This document shows positions 19,180 through 29,167 of a DNA stretch of 64,000 bases, one piece after another. Position numbers and translations under genes: made by a program. The DNA comes from Candidatus Cloacimonadales bacterium (lineage in GTDB: Bacteria > Cloacimonadota > Cloacimonadia > Cloacimonadales > JAFGVF01). The first letter of the stretch is position 1. The number at the start of each line of letters is the position of its first letter. Below the pieces are notes generated by a model. The model ran no database searches, had not been told where the DNA came from, and saw only the letters and a list, made by a program, of their open reading frames with translations. Location of the stretch: assembly GCA_963662585.1 (NCBI GenBank), contig OY759729.1, positions 1,664,001 to 1,728,000 on the forward strand. The letters run 5' to 3'.

Positions 19180-21290
19180 ATCGAGTAGGGTGGTGCGTTA
19201 GCACCATCCCTCTCACAGAACCGTGCGTACGGGACTCGTACACGGCTCCTGATAAACCTTGTAATTATTCATAATAATTAAATAAAACACTTGTAGGTTT
19301 CGATAGTAAGTCATATAGCCCTAATTGCTCAAACCATTCATTAGGTAAAGCTCTATGAATATGATAACAACCAGAATTCTTCCAATGTGTCATAGATATT
19401 TTCGGAAAATCACTTTTATGCCCAACTCTTCTAAGTTGTTGGTGAAAAGCTTTCCAACTTTTCCATTCCCGCATTTTCTTCATTCTTAGTCGCCGCCTTA
19501 TCCATGATAATAGAGACTGAAAGACTCCTTTGCAATTTGCCACCCTAAAGTAATTCGACCAACCTCTCAATATCGGATTAAGTCTTTTAATCATTGTCTG
19601 GACATTAATTCCGCTATTCCGTGGAGTCAGTGACCGAATCTTATCTTTGAACGCTTTTACTCTTTTATCCTCTATCTTTACATATGATTCATGTATTTCG
19701 AAGCCAAGATACTTGACTCCTTTAAATACACTCGCAATATGTGTCTTTTCTTCATTTACGATGAGATAAATTGAGTTTAGATATTCTACCGCAATTCGTT
19801 GATATTGTTCTGCTTTTTTCTTAGTCTTAGCAAAAAGTAAAATGTCATCAGCATAGCGTACTATCTCGATTCCTCGACTTTTCATTTCTTGGTCAAAACT
19901 ATCAAGATATATGTTCATAAGAAGTGGAGAGATTACCCCTCCTTGTGGACTTCCTACTTCAGTTTCGCTATACTTCCCTTCTTGCATAACACCAGACTTT
20001 AAGATTTTCTCTATCAACTTTAATAATGTTCCGTCACTTATTTTCCTATTTAATGATTGCATTATGAATTTATGATTTAATGTATCAAAACATTTTGATA
20101 AATCCATATCCACTACAAAAGGAAGCTCTTCCTGAACCATTAATATATGTGCTTTAGCCACTGCCTTTTGACAACTTTTGTTGGGACGGTAGCCATAGCT
20201 TTGTGGATGAAAATCAGGTTCAAAAATTGGTTGGATGATGTTATTTATTGCCTGCTGTACGATTCTATCTTTTACAGTAGGTATTCCTAATGGCCTCATC
20301 TTACCATTTCCTTTAGGTATCTCTACCCGTTTCACAGGTGATGGGATATACTTCCCACTTTTCAATTCTAAATGAATCTGCTCTAAGTTCTCTTGTAGAG
20401 TCTCACCAAACTTAGATATAGTAATATTATCTATACCTTCTGCACCTCTATTTTTCTTTACCTTTAGGAAAGATTCATAGAGATTACCTTTTGAGTAAAC
20501 TTTATCAATTAAACTGTACCACTTTTTCATTTAGTTTCTCCTTTTTCACAATAAACAATGTTTAAATTATACTTTCAAATGACAGTTAATTCAATGAAGA
20601 CCTTCGAAGTTTTTAGCATAAAGCAATCTATCAAAGATTTTATAGGTTTTGACTATTATCCTTTTTTTAACTTCATCTACTCAGTCTCGTAAGGTCATGA
20701 TAGAAAGAAGGTACTCACCACCGTCTATCCGAGCCTTGAATCTTTCGATTCTCTTCGTTTCCTACTTTTAAGAAAATATCTCTTTAATTATGTTTATTCT
20801 TTGGTTTATCTTCATCCCTTCACATGAGATATTTCCTTTTGAAAAATATCCCCCAATATTACTAAGAATATTGTCCCCTCTGTTTTATCCTCCAGTCTGT
20901 CACCAGCTTTCATAGGCAAAGGGTTAGTCACTACTACGGAATCATCTGCCACCTGCTTATGCTTAATACAACTCTTGCCTTTCAGCTTGTAGTCATAGTT
21001 ACTCTATTAGAGACATTAACAGGCTTCCCCAGTTAAGCTATCCTGCCTGAATGTAAATCCATCTGTTGTAATCCATGTAATCGACTGACTTTTGGGCGTT
21101 CTCACTTTTCGAAGAGTTACCCACTACATGAACCAAAATCAGTTTACTTTCGCTATGTTCCACATTCTTCCTGCGTCTTACTTCAGACCCTGCCGTTGCC
21201 AGCAACGCCCTTGACCTCAGATTGACTTCCTGTCAGTTGGGTGTCAGGACTTCTTTCAGTCCATCGGCTCAGATAACATTCTGGGCAAAC
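19180..21290 (-). mobile_element. group II intron, class IIC-like
   Basis: 5' end GTTTGCCCAG at 21290, 4 nt after a terminator stem; domain V hairpin 19218-19248; domain VI and 3' end CCCTACTCGAT at 19180; encodes an RT/maturase. Confidence 0.9.
19265..20530 (-). CDS. ltrA: group II intron reverse transcriptase/maturase (no endonuclease domain)
   Basis: RPLGIPTVKDRIVQ, SYGYRP, GSPQGGVISPLL, RYADD, LNPILRGWSNYF (domain X). Confidence 0.95.
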   Translation of the reverse strand: MKKWYSLIDKVYSKGNLYESFLKVKKNRGAEGIDNITISKFGETLQENLEQIHLELKSGKYIPSPVKRVEIPKGNGKMRPLGIPTVKDRIVQQAINNIIQPIFEPDFHPQSYGYRPNKSCQKAVAKAHILMVQEELPFVVDMDLSKCFDTLNHKFIMQSLNRKISDGTLLKLIEKILKSGVMQEGKYSETEVGSPQGGVISPLLMNIYLDSFDQEMKSRGIEIVRYADDILLFAKTKKKAEQYQRIAVEYLNSIYLIVNEEKTHIASVFKGVKYLGFEIHESYVKIEDKRVKAFKDKIRSLTPRNSGINVQTMIKRLNPILRGWSNYFRVANCKGVFQSLLSWIRRRLRMKKMREWKSWKAFHQQLRRVGHKSDFPKISMTHWKNSGCYHIHRALPNEWFEQLGLYDLLSKPTSVLFNYYE

Positions 21291-21294
21291 GAAA

Positions 21295-21322
21295 ACAAGG
21301 TAAGCCCTAAGACTTACCTTGT
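21295..21322 (-). terminator. intrinsic terminator (intron target site)
   Basis: 10-bp stem ACAAGGTAAG/CTTACCTTGT downstream of the 21349 stop codon. Confidence 0.8.
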
Positions 21323-21348
21323 AGTTTTTTTTCCACAAAAGGGAAATT

Positions 21349-23217
21349 CTATTTCATTAGAATTGTTTTCCTAGTTGTTCTCTTTTCAGGAGTTATGACT
21401 TTATAGAAGTAAACGCCACTTGAGCATCTGTTGCCATTTAGGTCTCTTCCGTCCCAAGAAATATTATAAATACCTTGAGTAAATGTTTTATCAGCTAGAG
21501 TATTAATCAATTGTCCTTTTAGGTTGTAAACAGCCACTTGAACATGTTGATCTCTTTTAGCTTGAATATCAATTGAGGAAGAAGTATTGAATGGGTTTGG
21601 ATAACTTGATTCACTTATTACTAACTCTTGAGTATCATTTTCATTAGAAACACCATTAGCAATGATAATCTCGAAAGTATTAGAGTCTCCTGATAATCCA
21701 CCTGGTGAATATATACCTCTAATTGAATATGTATAAGTTCCATCTTCAACATTTTCATCAGTATAGGTAAGGATTCCAGTGTCAGTGATAGTAGCGATAA
21801 AGGAAGTTCCTCTAAGTATCTTATAACCGAAAAGTCCTCTGATTTCAGGGAATAAAGGTGGTTCCCATGTTAAGACAACATTATTACCGTTTTCTATAGT
21901 ATAACCTAAATTAGCCGGTGGGGCTAAATCGATGATAGCTGTAGGAGTTTGGAAAGAAACTTCTTCACCTGGCATTAGGTGTTCATCAATAGGAGTTACT
22001 GAGAATTTATAGAACTTTCCAACATTATCAACAGTAAAGTGCATAGTCATAATATCAGCATTAATATTGGTATATTCCATCCAGTCTTCACCATTATCTG
22101 ATTCATACCATTGTCTGATAGAATTACCTTCATTATCGTTATCAGCATCTACGAAATTGTAGATAACATCAATTGATGAATTTTTCATTAAAATACCTTC
22201 AAAAGTAAGGTTTTCAGCTGCAGGAGCAGCATTTTGGAAACCACTACCTGATAAGGTTATAGTGTTATTCTCAAAACCAGGTATGGTAGTTTGAATATCA
22301 ATATAACCACTATATGTTTGTTCTTCTGTAGGTAAGAAAGTAATTGTATGAGTTTGAATTTGACCAGCAGCTAATGTATAGTTCATATCGCCAGTTAAAT
22401 CAAATCCTGCAGCATCCATAGTGATAGTGATATCTGCAGTTGAACTACCTATGTTTGCAACAACAAAAGATTTAGAGAAGTCAGAACCAATATAAGCTTC
22501 ACCGAAATCAGCATCAGTCATAGATACTGCAGCTGAACCTGCTTCTGCAGCTTGATAAATTTCTGGAGAAGTACTTGTCCAACTTTGAACCATAACAAAA
22601 CCTCTAATTGTTTCTGCATCCCAACTTGGGTTAACATTAAAAGAGTGACTAAAGGTTTCACTTGAACCTGCTGAAGTTAAGGTGAAATCAGTAGAATAAT
22701 CATAAGCTATAACTGAAGAAAAGTACTCATCAGAAATATGTCTTGCTAAGACAAAAACTACTTTAACATTATTGTTATCGAAGTTTTCTTCTAGAGTAAC
22801 ATTAGCATTAAGAGTGTATTCTCCATTACTTCCAAGAACAAAAGCATCAATTGTCATAGGGGCTACTGTGTTGATTAATTGGTTATAAACTGCTAAATAT
22901 TGTGAATTATAGGCATCTGGAGCTGCTCCAATTTCTAATTCAGTACCTTGGAAAGCACATTGTGGGATACCATCAGATAAAGATCCTACAAGACCTCTTC
23001 TTGAAGAGTAGCCTGGAGATTCGCTTGCTCCATCTCCTTGCCAAATTAGTGGGACGACATGGGGTTGATTTTCATAAAGATTGAACAGACCTGTTCTTGC
23101 GCGTGGACAGTATGGTCACCATACCTCTGTAAAAACTTCACCTACAACACTGATTTGTGCTGCTGTAAGTAAAAATAAGTTAAGTAACAACATAGCAAAA
23201 AGTATTGCTTTTTTCAT
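21349..23217 (-). CDS. secreted selenoprotein (622 aa): signal peptide, Omp28/thioredoxin-like UxxC domain, Ig-like and FN3 domains, C-terminal sorting domain
   Basis: ATG 23217 with GGAGA RBS, MKKAILFAMLLL signal; in-frame TGA at 23116-23118 (codon 34) in EVFTEVW-U-PYCP; continues in frame into the 502-aa ORF; ends YPNPFN...TRKTILMK. Confidence 0.85.
23083..23096 (-). promoter_or_regulatory. putative bacterial SECIS hairpin
   Basis: GAACA-GGTC-TGTTC stem-loop starting 19 nt after the in-frame UGA; first loop G is 25 nt downstream. Confidence 0.65.
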
Positions 23218-23480
23218 TCTTACATTCTCCTTTCATTTTTTGATTTTGTTAAAATTTCACATCTTATTGCATTTATATGCAATTGTTGTTTTTTGTGCAA
23301 GCTTTTTTTTGGGGATTATTTTTCACTGTAATTTTAAGGATGAATGATAATAATGAGAGAATACCTATAAGACAGTATTTTCTTATCTAAACTTGCTACT
23401 ATTGACTGAAAATGTAATAGAAAAAAAATACAATTTGATTTAAGTTAAAATTAGGAATAAGAGATATAGTATTAGTCGAT

Positions 23481-24818
23481 TTAGCTTTTCTTTATTTTAA
23501 TCCCGTGTCTTTGAAGTTTCTTAAAAAGATTAGATCTATCAATATTGAGGACAGCTGCAGCCTCATTGAGAGACCAGTCTTTAAACTCCATTATTTGTTC
23601 CAAATAGCTCTTTTCGAAATTCCGGATAGCTTGTTTATAAGGAAGAGGAATGAATGCCCCTTGAGATTTATCTTGGAATATTATATCTTTATTGTCAATC
23701 TTATTACCTTCTAATTGAATGATGATTTTTAGAAGTACATTTTTGAGACCATCAATGTTTTCCTCCCAAGAATGTTTCTTCAATATATTTAGGGCAGAGT
23801 CTGATATGCTTATATCTGTATCTGCAGCCAAATTGTATAAAGAAAGTATGTGCTTGATTATTAAGGGGATATCTTCAGTTCTTTCATCAAGAGAAGGAAT
23901 AATTAGTTTATCTTGGCAGAGATTAAAGAGCATAGGACTTATATTCTCAGAATAAACATCATTATAATATTCACGCTTTGTTGTAAAAATCAGTTTAGTA
24001 TTAACTTCAGAAAAGCTATTCCCATTAAGAGAGCTTAATTTCCTTCCTGATAAAGCTCTTACCATTTTTTCTTGTAATTTTTCAGGTAAAAGGTGGGCAT
24101 TAGTTATCAGTAAGGTTGAATTTTCAGCTTGAACGAATTTTGAACTATTATACTTTTTTGCTAAATCTTTTTCTTTTGAATCTCCAAAGAGAGCGATTTG
24201 CATGTCTTTTATTGTCATATTATGACAATCCATTATATGGATAGGCAGGTTATTTCTACTACTATAATGATGGATCTTTTTCGCTATATTTTCTACCCCA
24301 ACTCCAGCATCAGCAAAAATCATTAGATGATTATTTGTCTGAAGTTTCTTCTTAATCAGATTTTTTACTTGAACTATCTTAGGTGATTCACCAATAAGGT
24401 AGGGTAGTTCATTGTCTGCAGAAGGATAGATAGTATTGTATTTGCTATAATTTAAGATATTTCTCATTGTCAGAAGTAATCTTTCTTCTTGAAGGGGCTT
24501 TTCAATAATATCACTAGCACCACTATTAATTAAATCATTAAATCTATTCATTAAGGTAAGATTATCGCTTGTGACAAAAACAATAGGTATATTTTTTGCA
24601 ATATCTTTCATTGTTTTAAGTGTATTCAAGCCTGTTTGATAATCAGGAAAATAAAGGTCTAGTAAAATCAAGTCGATGGAGTTTTGCTCTATAAAAGCTA
24701 TTGCGGTTTTACTATCATTAGCTACGAAAACACTATATTGGTTTTCAGTTAAGATATATTTAGTTAATTCACAAAATATAAAATCATCATCGGCTATTAA
24801 AATATTAGCTTTAGTCAT
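23481..24818 (-). CDS. NtrC-like response regulator with degenerate AAA+ domain (REC-AAA-Fis HTH)
   Basis: REC ADDD...LDL...VTS...EKP; LIGESP; HSWEENIDGLKN; HTH EAAAVLNIDRSNLFKKL; Walker A/B and GAFTGA not conserved. Confidence 0.85.
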   Translation of the reverse strand: MTKANILIADDDFIFCELTKYILTENQYSVFVANDSKTAIAFIEQNSIDLILLDLYFPDYQTGLNTLKTMKDIAKNIPIVFVTSDNLTLMNRFNDLINSGASDIIEKPLQEERLLLTMRNILNYSKYNTIYPSADNELPYLIGESPKIVQVKNLIKKKLQTNNHLMIFADAGVGVENIAKKIHHYSSRNNLPIHIMDCHNMTIKDMQIALFGDSKEKDLAKKYNSSKFVQAENSTLLITNAHLLPEKLQEKMVRALSGRKLSSLNGNSFSEVNTKLIFTTKREYYNDVYSENISPMLFNLCQDKLIIPSLDERTEDIPLIIKHILSLYNLAADTDISISDSALNILKKHSWEENIDGLKNVLLKIIIQLEGNKIDNKDIIFQDKSQGAFIPLPYKQAIRNFEKSYLEQIMEFKDWSLNEAAAVLNIDRSNLFKKLQRHGIKIKKS

Positions 24819-25027
24819 ATATGAATACCTTATTGTAAAAGTTAACACTTCTATTACTATAAATATTTTCTACTTTTTTATTGTCAATTATCGACCCTTC
24901 AAAATGATGTAAAAGACACTATCCACGAATTAGTCATGTTAATAAAAACTTTATTAAAGCATTAATAAAATAACAATAGTATGGTGTCAATAAATATATT
25001 AATATATCATGTATTATAGGAGTAAAA

Positions 25028-25645
25028 GTGACAGATAAAATTAATAGCTATATTGATTCCTTTATAGACTACCCCAATGAATTATTAGGAAAATTAGAAA
25101 TTGCTCATCAAGAGAGAATCAATGTGCAACCTAATATTACTAAACAGGGGGCTAAGCTTCTTTATTGGTTTATTCTCTTAAAAGAAGCAAGAAATGTATT
25201 AGAAATTGGTACTTGCCTGGGTTATTCTGCGATTTGGGCAGGAGAAGCTTTAAGGAAAACAGCTGGCAAATTAACTACAATTGAAATTGATGAGAGATTT
25301 GTTAAGGAAAATGTAGAGAATATTAAAGAAGCTGGTCTAGATACCATAATTGAAGTGATTAGTGGTGATGCTAAGGAATATATAAAAACTATTGATAGTA
25401 AATTTGATATTATTATTATTGATTCTAATAAGCCTCTTTATAACTTGGTTATTGATAAATGTATAGAATTACTCAATCCTAAAGGGATTATTTATGCTGA
25501 CGACACCTTATTCCTTCCTTTAGAATTTAAGGAGAGACTAGCCAAGCCAATGGATGAGTATAATCGCTATGTTAGTCAGCACCCTAGGTTAGAAACAACT
25601 ATATTACCTGTAGGAGATGGAATAACTATTAGCTTCTTAAAATAG
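25028..25645 (+). CDS. O-methyltransferase (Methyltransf_3/YrrM-like)
   Basis: VLEIGTCLGYSA, TTIEID, FDIIIIDS, LPVGDG. Confidence 0.9.
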   Translation: MTDKINSYIDSFIDYPNELLGKLEIAHQERINVQPNITKQGAKLLYWFILLKEARNVLEIGTCLGYSAIWAGEALRKTAGKLTTIEIDERFVKENVENIKEAGLDTIIEVISGDAKEYIKTIDSKFDIIIIDSNKPLYNLVIDKCIELLNPKGIIYADDTLFLPLEFKERLAKPMDEYNRYVSQHPRLETTILPVGDGITISFLK

Positions 25646-25690
25646 CTATAAAGAGCTAGTTTAAAGATTTAGGATAGGCAATTATAAGTC

Positions 25691-25815
25691 CAGATAAACT
25701 GCTTTCCCCTTAGTCTTCCCCTTGACCATTACTCTCAATTCAATAAAAAATCAAATATTATTTAAGATGAGTGAGAAGGAGCATTATGAGACAATTAAGA
25801 AGCACTGGGAAAAGA
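25691..25815 (+). repeat. dispersed ~115-bp repeat, copy B
   Basis: Reverse complement aligns with 8231-8349. Confidence 0.6.
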
Positions 25816-25827
25816 AAATGAAATTAA

Positions 25828-26090
25828 GCTCTTAACTGAGAAAGTGAGCATCCTGCTCGCACCACCCAGTAGCATGTACCAGTTTAAACTTCCATTGACA
25901 TTACTGGGGTTACGGACCTTTAGTCCGTGAATCTTAAATTCCCCTCTTTAGTGCTGAAGGCATGATAAAAGAGAGGTGGCTTCGCAGCAGCTCTTAACTG
26001 GGAACGCAGGCATCTTGCCTGCACCCAGCATGAAATGATGGGTAATCTTAAGTAGTCCAGCACCTAAGTGCTGGACGCGGGCTGGAATCC
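25828..26090. repeat. cluster of REP-like GC-rich hairpins (left part)
   Basis: GTGAGCATCCTGCTCGC, CGGACCTTTAGTCCG, GCAGGCATCTTGCCTGC, GTCCAGCACCTAAGTGCTGGAC; repeated CTCTTAACTG(G/A)GAA leader. Confidence 0.7.
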
Positions 26091-27809
26091 CAGACTGTGT
26101 GAAATCACTTTTTGATTTAAGGGAGTTTTGATAAACTTAAATCTGGATTTTTTGTTCATTTCGAGTATCAGGCTAATTTAGCACTCGAAAAGGCAATATT
26201 TATTGCTATTCTTAGCAAAAGTACTATGTTTTTGACAAAATAGACAGCTTTGGACGAACCTCTCCTAAAAAAGGCATTTATGGAGTCCATCATTTTATTA
26301 AATCCGAGAATGTTAAATACTCTTTTAATATTATATGCCAGTGCAGTAAACATAAACTCACCACGAACAGATTCTAAGCCTTTCGTTAAAAATCTACCCT
26401 GATTCATATCCCTTTTTATTGTTCCAAAAGGATGCTCAACAATACATTTTCGTTGACTTAGTATATTCTTACTTACCTTATTAATTTCAAGTTGTTTCTC
26501 CACATATTCATAATAAGGATTCAATGTAAATGTTCTATATTGTTGCTTATTGTCATTAGTACAAGCTTTTAAATCTGGACAACCTTTGCATGTTTTGCGA
26601 CTACCATATTCATGACCTCTATCAGCATTTCTCTTTCTACTAGCGATTAATGTTCTATTGTTAGGACAAATAACACAATCATTAATTTTATCATATTTAA
26701 ACTTAGAGGTTGCGAATGGAGTACCTTTCATTTTCTCTGAATCTTGCATAGTTACATATGTTTTAATACCATCTTCATTACATTTTTTTATCTCTCTACC
26801 AAAACCATAACCCTTATCAGCGACAACTGAAAATTCTGACAAATTATAGGCTTCTTTGGTTAATGAAGACATCCTGTAAAGTTGCTTCGCATCTGTATTA
26901 TCACTACAGGCATCAACCATTAACAATAAATTGTTTTTAGAGTCTGTTACGCTTTGGCAATTATACGATACATCTCTCTTGCTTCCATCTTTTTGCATCA
27001 TTCGACTATCTGGATCTGTATATGAAATTTGTGTTAAACCCTTATCCTTTAACTCTTGTTTTAAGTTTAAATAAAACTCTTCTTTTTCTTTTAATTTTTC
27101 AATACTTTCTAAATGTTGCTCATTTTTATCATTTTTTGATTCTTGTTCTTTGTCATTAGTCGAATATTGTTCATTAAATGTATCAAATTTAGCTTCTATT
27201 TTCTTCAAAATTGTGTTTATTTTGTTTATTGATATATTTTTAGAATTATGGTTAACTGCATCAATAAAAGTACCATCTATAGCTAATAATTCAAAGTCAA
27301 TTAAATTCATATATACCGAGTATTTATTGAATTCCATAAATACGGATTTAATATTTTTTACATTGTTTTTTCTGAAATCAGCTATTGTTTTAAAATCAGG
27401 TTTTAGTTCTTTCATTAGCCATATAAATGGAATATTTTCGTGAGTAGCTAACTCTAATTTTCGACTTGATACAATTCCTCTAAGATATCCATAGACATAC
27501 AATTTTAACATGAATTTAGGATTATAAGCTTTTCTACCAACTCGTTTTGGTTTTGTGTAGGTAAAATTAAACTTCTCTAGATCGAGCCCGTCTATAAAGT
27601 GATCTAGTACTCTTACAAGGTGATTTTCTCCTATTAAAGAATCATAGGTTAAAAACTGAATTTGATGTCTGTCTTTGCCTTGTTTATAGTCCATAATATT
27701 TCTCCTATATTTATGTTTCCAATATAAATATAATGTTCTGTTTGTCAAGAAAATAAATACATTAATTAAACATTTATACATGTTGACATATCTATTTTCA
27801 CACAGTCTG
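26091..27809 (-). mobile_element. IS1182-family insertion sequence
   Basis: 14-bp terminal inverted repeats CAGACTGTGTGAAA (26091-26104 / 27796-27809); flanking TCC(C) duplication. Confidence 0.9.
26168..27694 (-). CDS. IS1182-family DDE transposase
   Basis: GRKAYNP, SSRKLE, PDFKTIADFR, AIDGT, TDPDSR, ADKGY, VEHPFGTIK; ATG 27694 with AGGAGA RBS inside the IS. Confidence 0.93.
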   Translation of the reverse strand: MDYKQGKDRHQIQFLTYDSLIGENHLVRVLDHFIDGLDLEKFNFTYTKPKRVGRKAYNPKFMLKLYVYGYLRGIVSSRKLELATHENIPFIWLMKELKPDFKTIADFRKNNVKNIKSVFMEFNKYSVYMNLIDFELLAIDGTFIDAVNHNSKNISINKINTILKKIEAKFDTFNEQYSTNDKEQESKNDKNEQHLESIEKLKEKEEFYLNLKQELKDKGLTQISYTDPDSRMMQKDGSKRDVSYNCQSVTDSKNNLLLMVDACSDNTDAKQLYRMSSLTKEAYNLSEFSVVADKGYGFGREIKKCNEDGIKTYVTMQDSEKMKGTPFATSKFKYDKINDCVICPNNRTLIASRKRNADRGHEYGSRKTCKGCPDLKACTNDNKQQYRTFTLNPYYEYVEKQLEINKVSKNILSQRKCIVEHPFGTIKRDMNQGRFLTKGLESVRGEFMFTALAYNIKRVFNILGFNKMMDSINAFFRRGSSKAVYFVKNIVLLLRIAINIAFSSAKLA

Positions 27810-28040
27810 TCCCGCATTCCCAGTTATCAAGGGGACACAGGGGTTGTTTTCTTCTATGGAGTGGAAGCGTCTCTGCTTCCACATTAGAAAATAATAAGAT
27901 AACATTAGATTTTTATAAGGTTTTTCGCATGCAAGGGTGCATGCAATCCGGCAGAAGAGGGATTATCATGCTGTAAACTTTAAGATATGTCATTGCCTCG
28001 CAATGAGGCGGGCTGGAAGCCCACATTCCCAGTTAAGAAG
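27810..28040. repeat. cluster of REP-like hairpins (right part)
   Basis: GTGGAAGCGTCTCTGCTTCCAC, GCATGCAAGGGTGCATGC, CATTGCCTCGCAATG, GCGGGCTGGAAGCCCACATTCCCAGTT. Confidence 0.7.
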
Positions 28041-28053
28041 CCCCTCATCTTTT

Positions 28054-28088
28054 AATTCTGAATTCTCAATTCTCAATTCTCAATTCTG
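28054..28088. repeat. heptamer tandem repeat (AATTCT[C/G])x5
   Basis: Directly visible, abutting the stop codon at 28091. Confidence 0.85.
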
Positions 28089-28090
28089 AA

Positions 28091-29167
28091 TTATTTATAG
28101 ACTACTTTCTTTTCTATATATCTAGAGTTCATCAACTTTAGCAGTCCCATATAGTCCATACTAAAAGCTAATTCATCTCCGACTTTATATTTTTTAGGGT
28201 TATTCTTAAGATCCATAACAATCATATCAGAGCTAGCACCGACAAATTCTAAGCTTTTATCATTACACCAGATATGTTTATCATCAACATCTAAAAGACC
28301 TAAACCAATGATTGCTCGATAAGAAGTATCAGAAGCTTTAGATTGATCAAAATCAAAGCTTTCTCCTTCTAGATTTGTACCAAAATTACCAGTAGGAACT
28401 CTAGGCTTTTCAATCAATTCAATAATTTCTGCATAGAGAGTAAAGATATCATGGGCCATATCATCCAGCTTAGTGTCATTATAGACATTAGTGCCGAGAT
28501 AGAGAGTTTCCCCCATTCTAAAATGATTAATCCCTTTAGGGAGAGTTCTATTAAGAACAAGAGGGAATACTACAGAGCTTCCTCCTGAGACATAAGGTAT
28601 TTGTCGATTAAACTTAGCTTCTATTAATTGTTCATAGAGGCTAAGTTGAATCAATTTGTCGGGATTTGGTAATACTCCGTAGAGACAGGAAAAATTAGTA
28701 CCAATTCCAACCACTTTGATATTATCTAGCTTGAAAACCTTTTCATAGAAATCGATAAAATCTTCTCTGAGAACACCTTCTCTTAGCTCTCCCATCTCAA
28801 TCATAATGATAATTTTATGAGTTTTATTCTGTTTTTTGGCAGCTTTAGCCAAGGCACTAATGGTTGTTAATTCAGTGTTTACGCTTATATCAGCATATTT
28901 TACAACATTAGATACATCTTTTTTAGAAGGAGGCTTAATATAAATTGTCTCGATTTTATCATTTATTGCTTTAATATTTCTTAAGTTTGATATTCTTGAA
29001 TCACAAACTTGACTCATACCCAAGTTTAACAATTCGGTAAGAAAGGTCTTATTTCCACATAAAACTTTGGTTACGATAGACCACTGTATGCCATTATCAT
29101 TAAATATCTTATCAAGATACTCATAGTTAAATTTTAATGATTCGATATTCATTTCTAAAATGGCCAT
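28091..29167 (-). CDS. alanine/ornithine racemase family PLP-dependent enzyme
   Basis: VTKVLCG (PLP Lys), DSR, GELREG, GIGTNFSC, SGGSS, RMGE, GASSD. Confidence 0.88.
   Translation of the reverse strand: MAILEMNIESLKFNYEYLDKIFNDNGIQWSIVTKVLCGNKTFLTELLNLGMSQVCDSRISNLRNIKAINDKIETIYIKPPSKKDVSNVVKYADISVNTELTTISALAKAAKKQNKTHKIIIMIEMGELREGVLREDFIDFYEKVFKLDNIKVVGIGTNFSCLYGVLPNPDKLIQLSLYEQLIEAKFNRQIPYVSGGSSVVFPLVLNRTLPKGINHFRMGETLYLGTNVYNDTKLDDMAHDIFTLYAEIIELIEKPRVPTGNFGTNLEGESFDFDQSKASDTSYRAIIGLGLLDVDDKHIWCNDKSLEFVGASSDMIVMDLKNNPKKYKVGDELAFSMDYMGLLKLMNSRYIEKKVVYK

Noticed and set aside
23116..23118. Alternative genetic code (UGA = Trp or Gly)
   Set aside because: TGA ends ordinary genes in the window, and conserved genes are uninterrupted under code 11
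22902..23347. Short plus-strand ORFs here, and similar antisense ORFs elsewhere (e.g. 536-769, 11610-11882, 58443-58901, 60708-60944)
   Set aside because: They are shadows of longer, well-supported genes on the opposite strand
27695..27817. 41-aa N-terminal extension of the transposase in the ORF track
   Set aside because: It starts outside the IS inverted repeat; ATG 27694 has a good RBS
25828..28090. CRISPR array
   Set aside because: The palindromes differ from each other, lack regular spacers, and no cas genes are present
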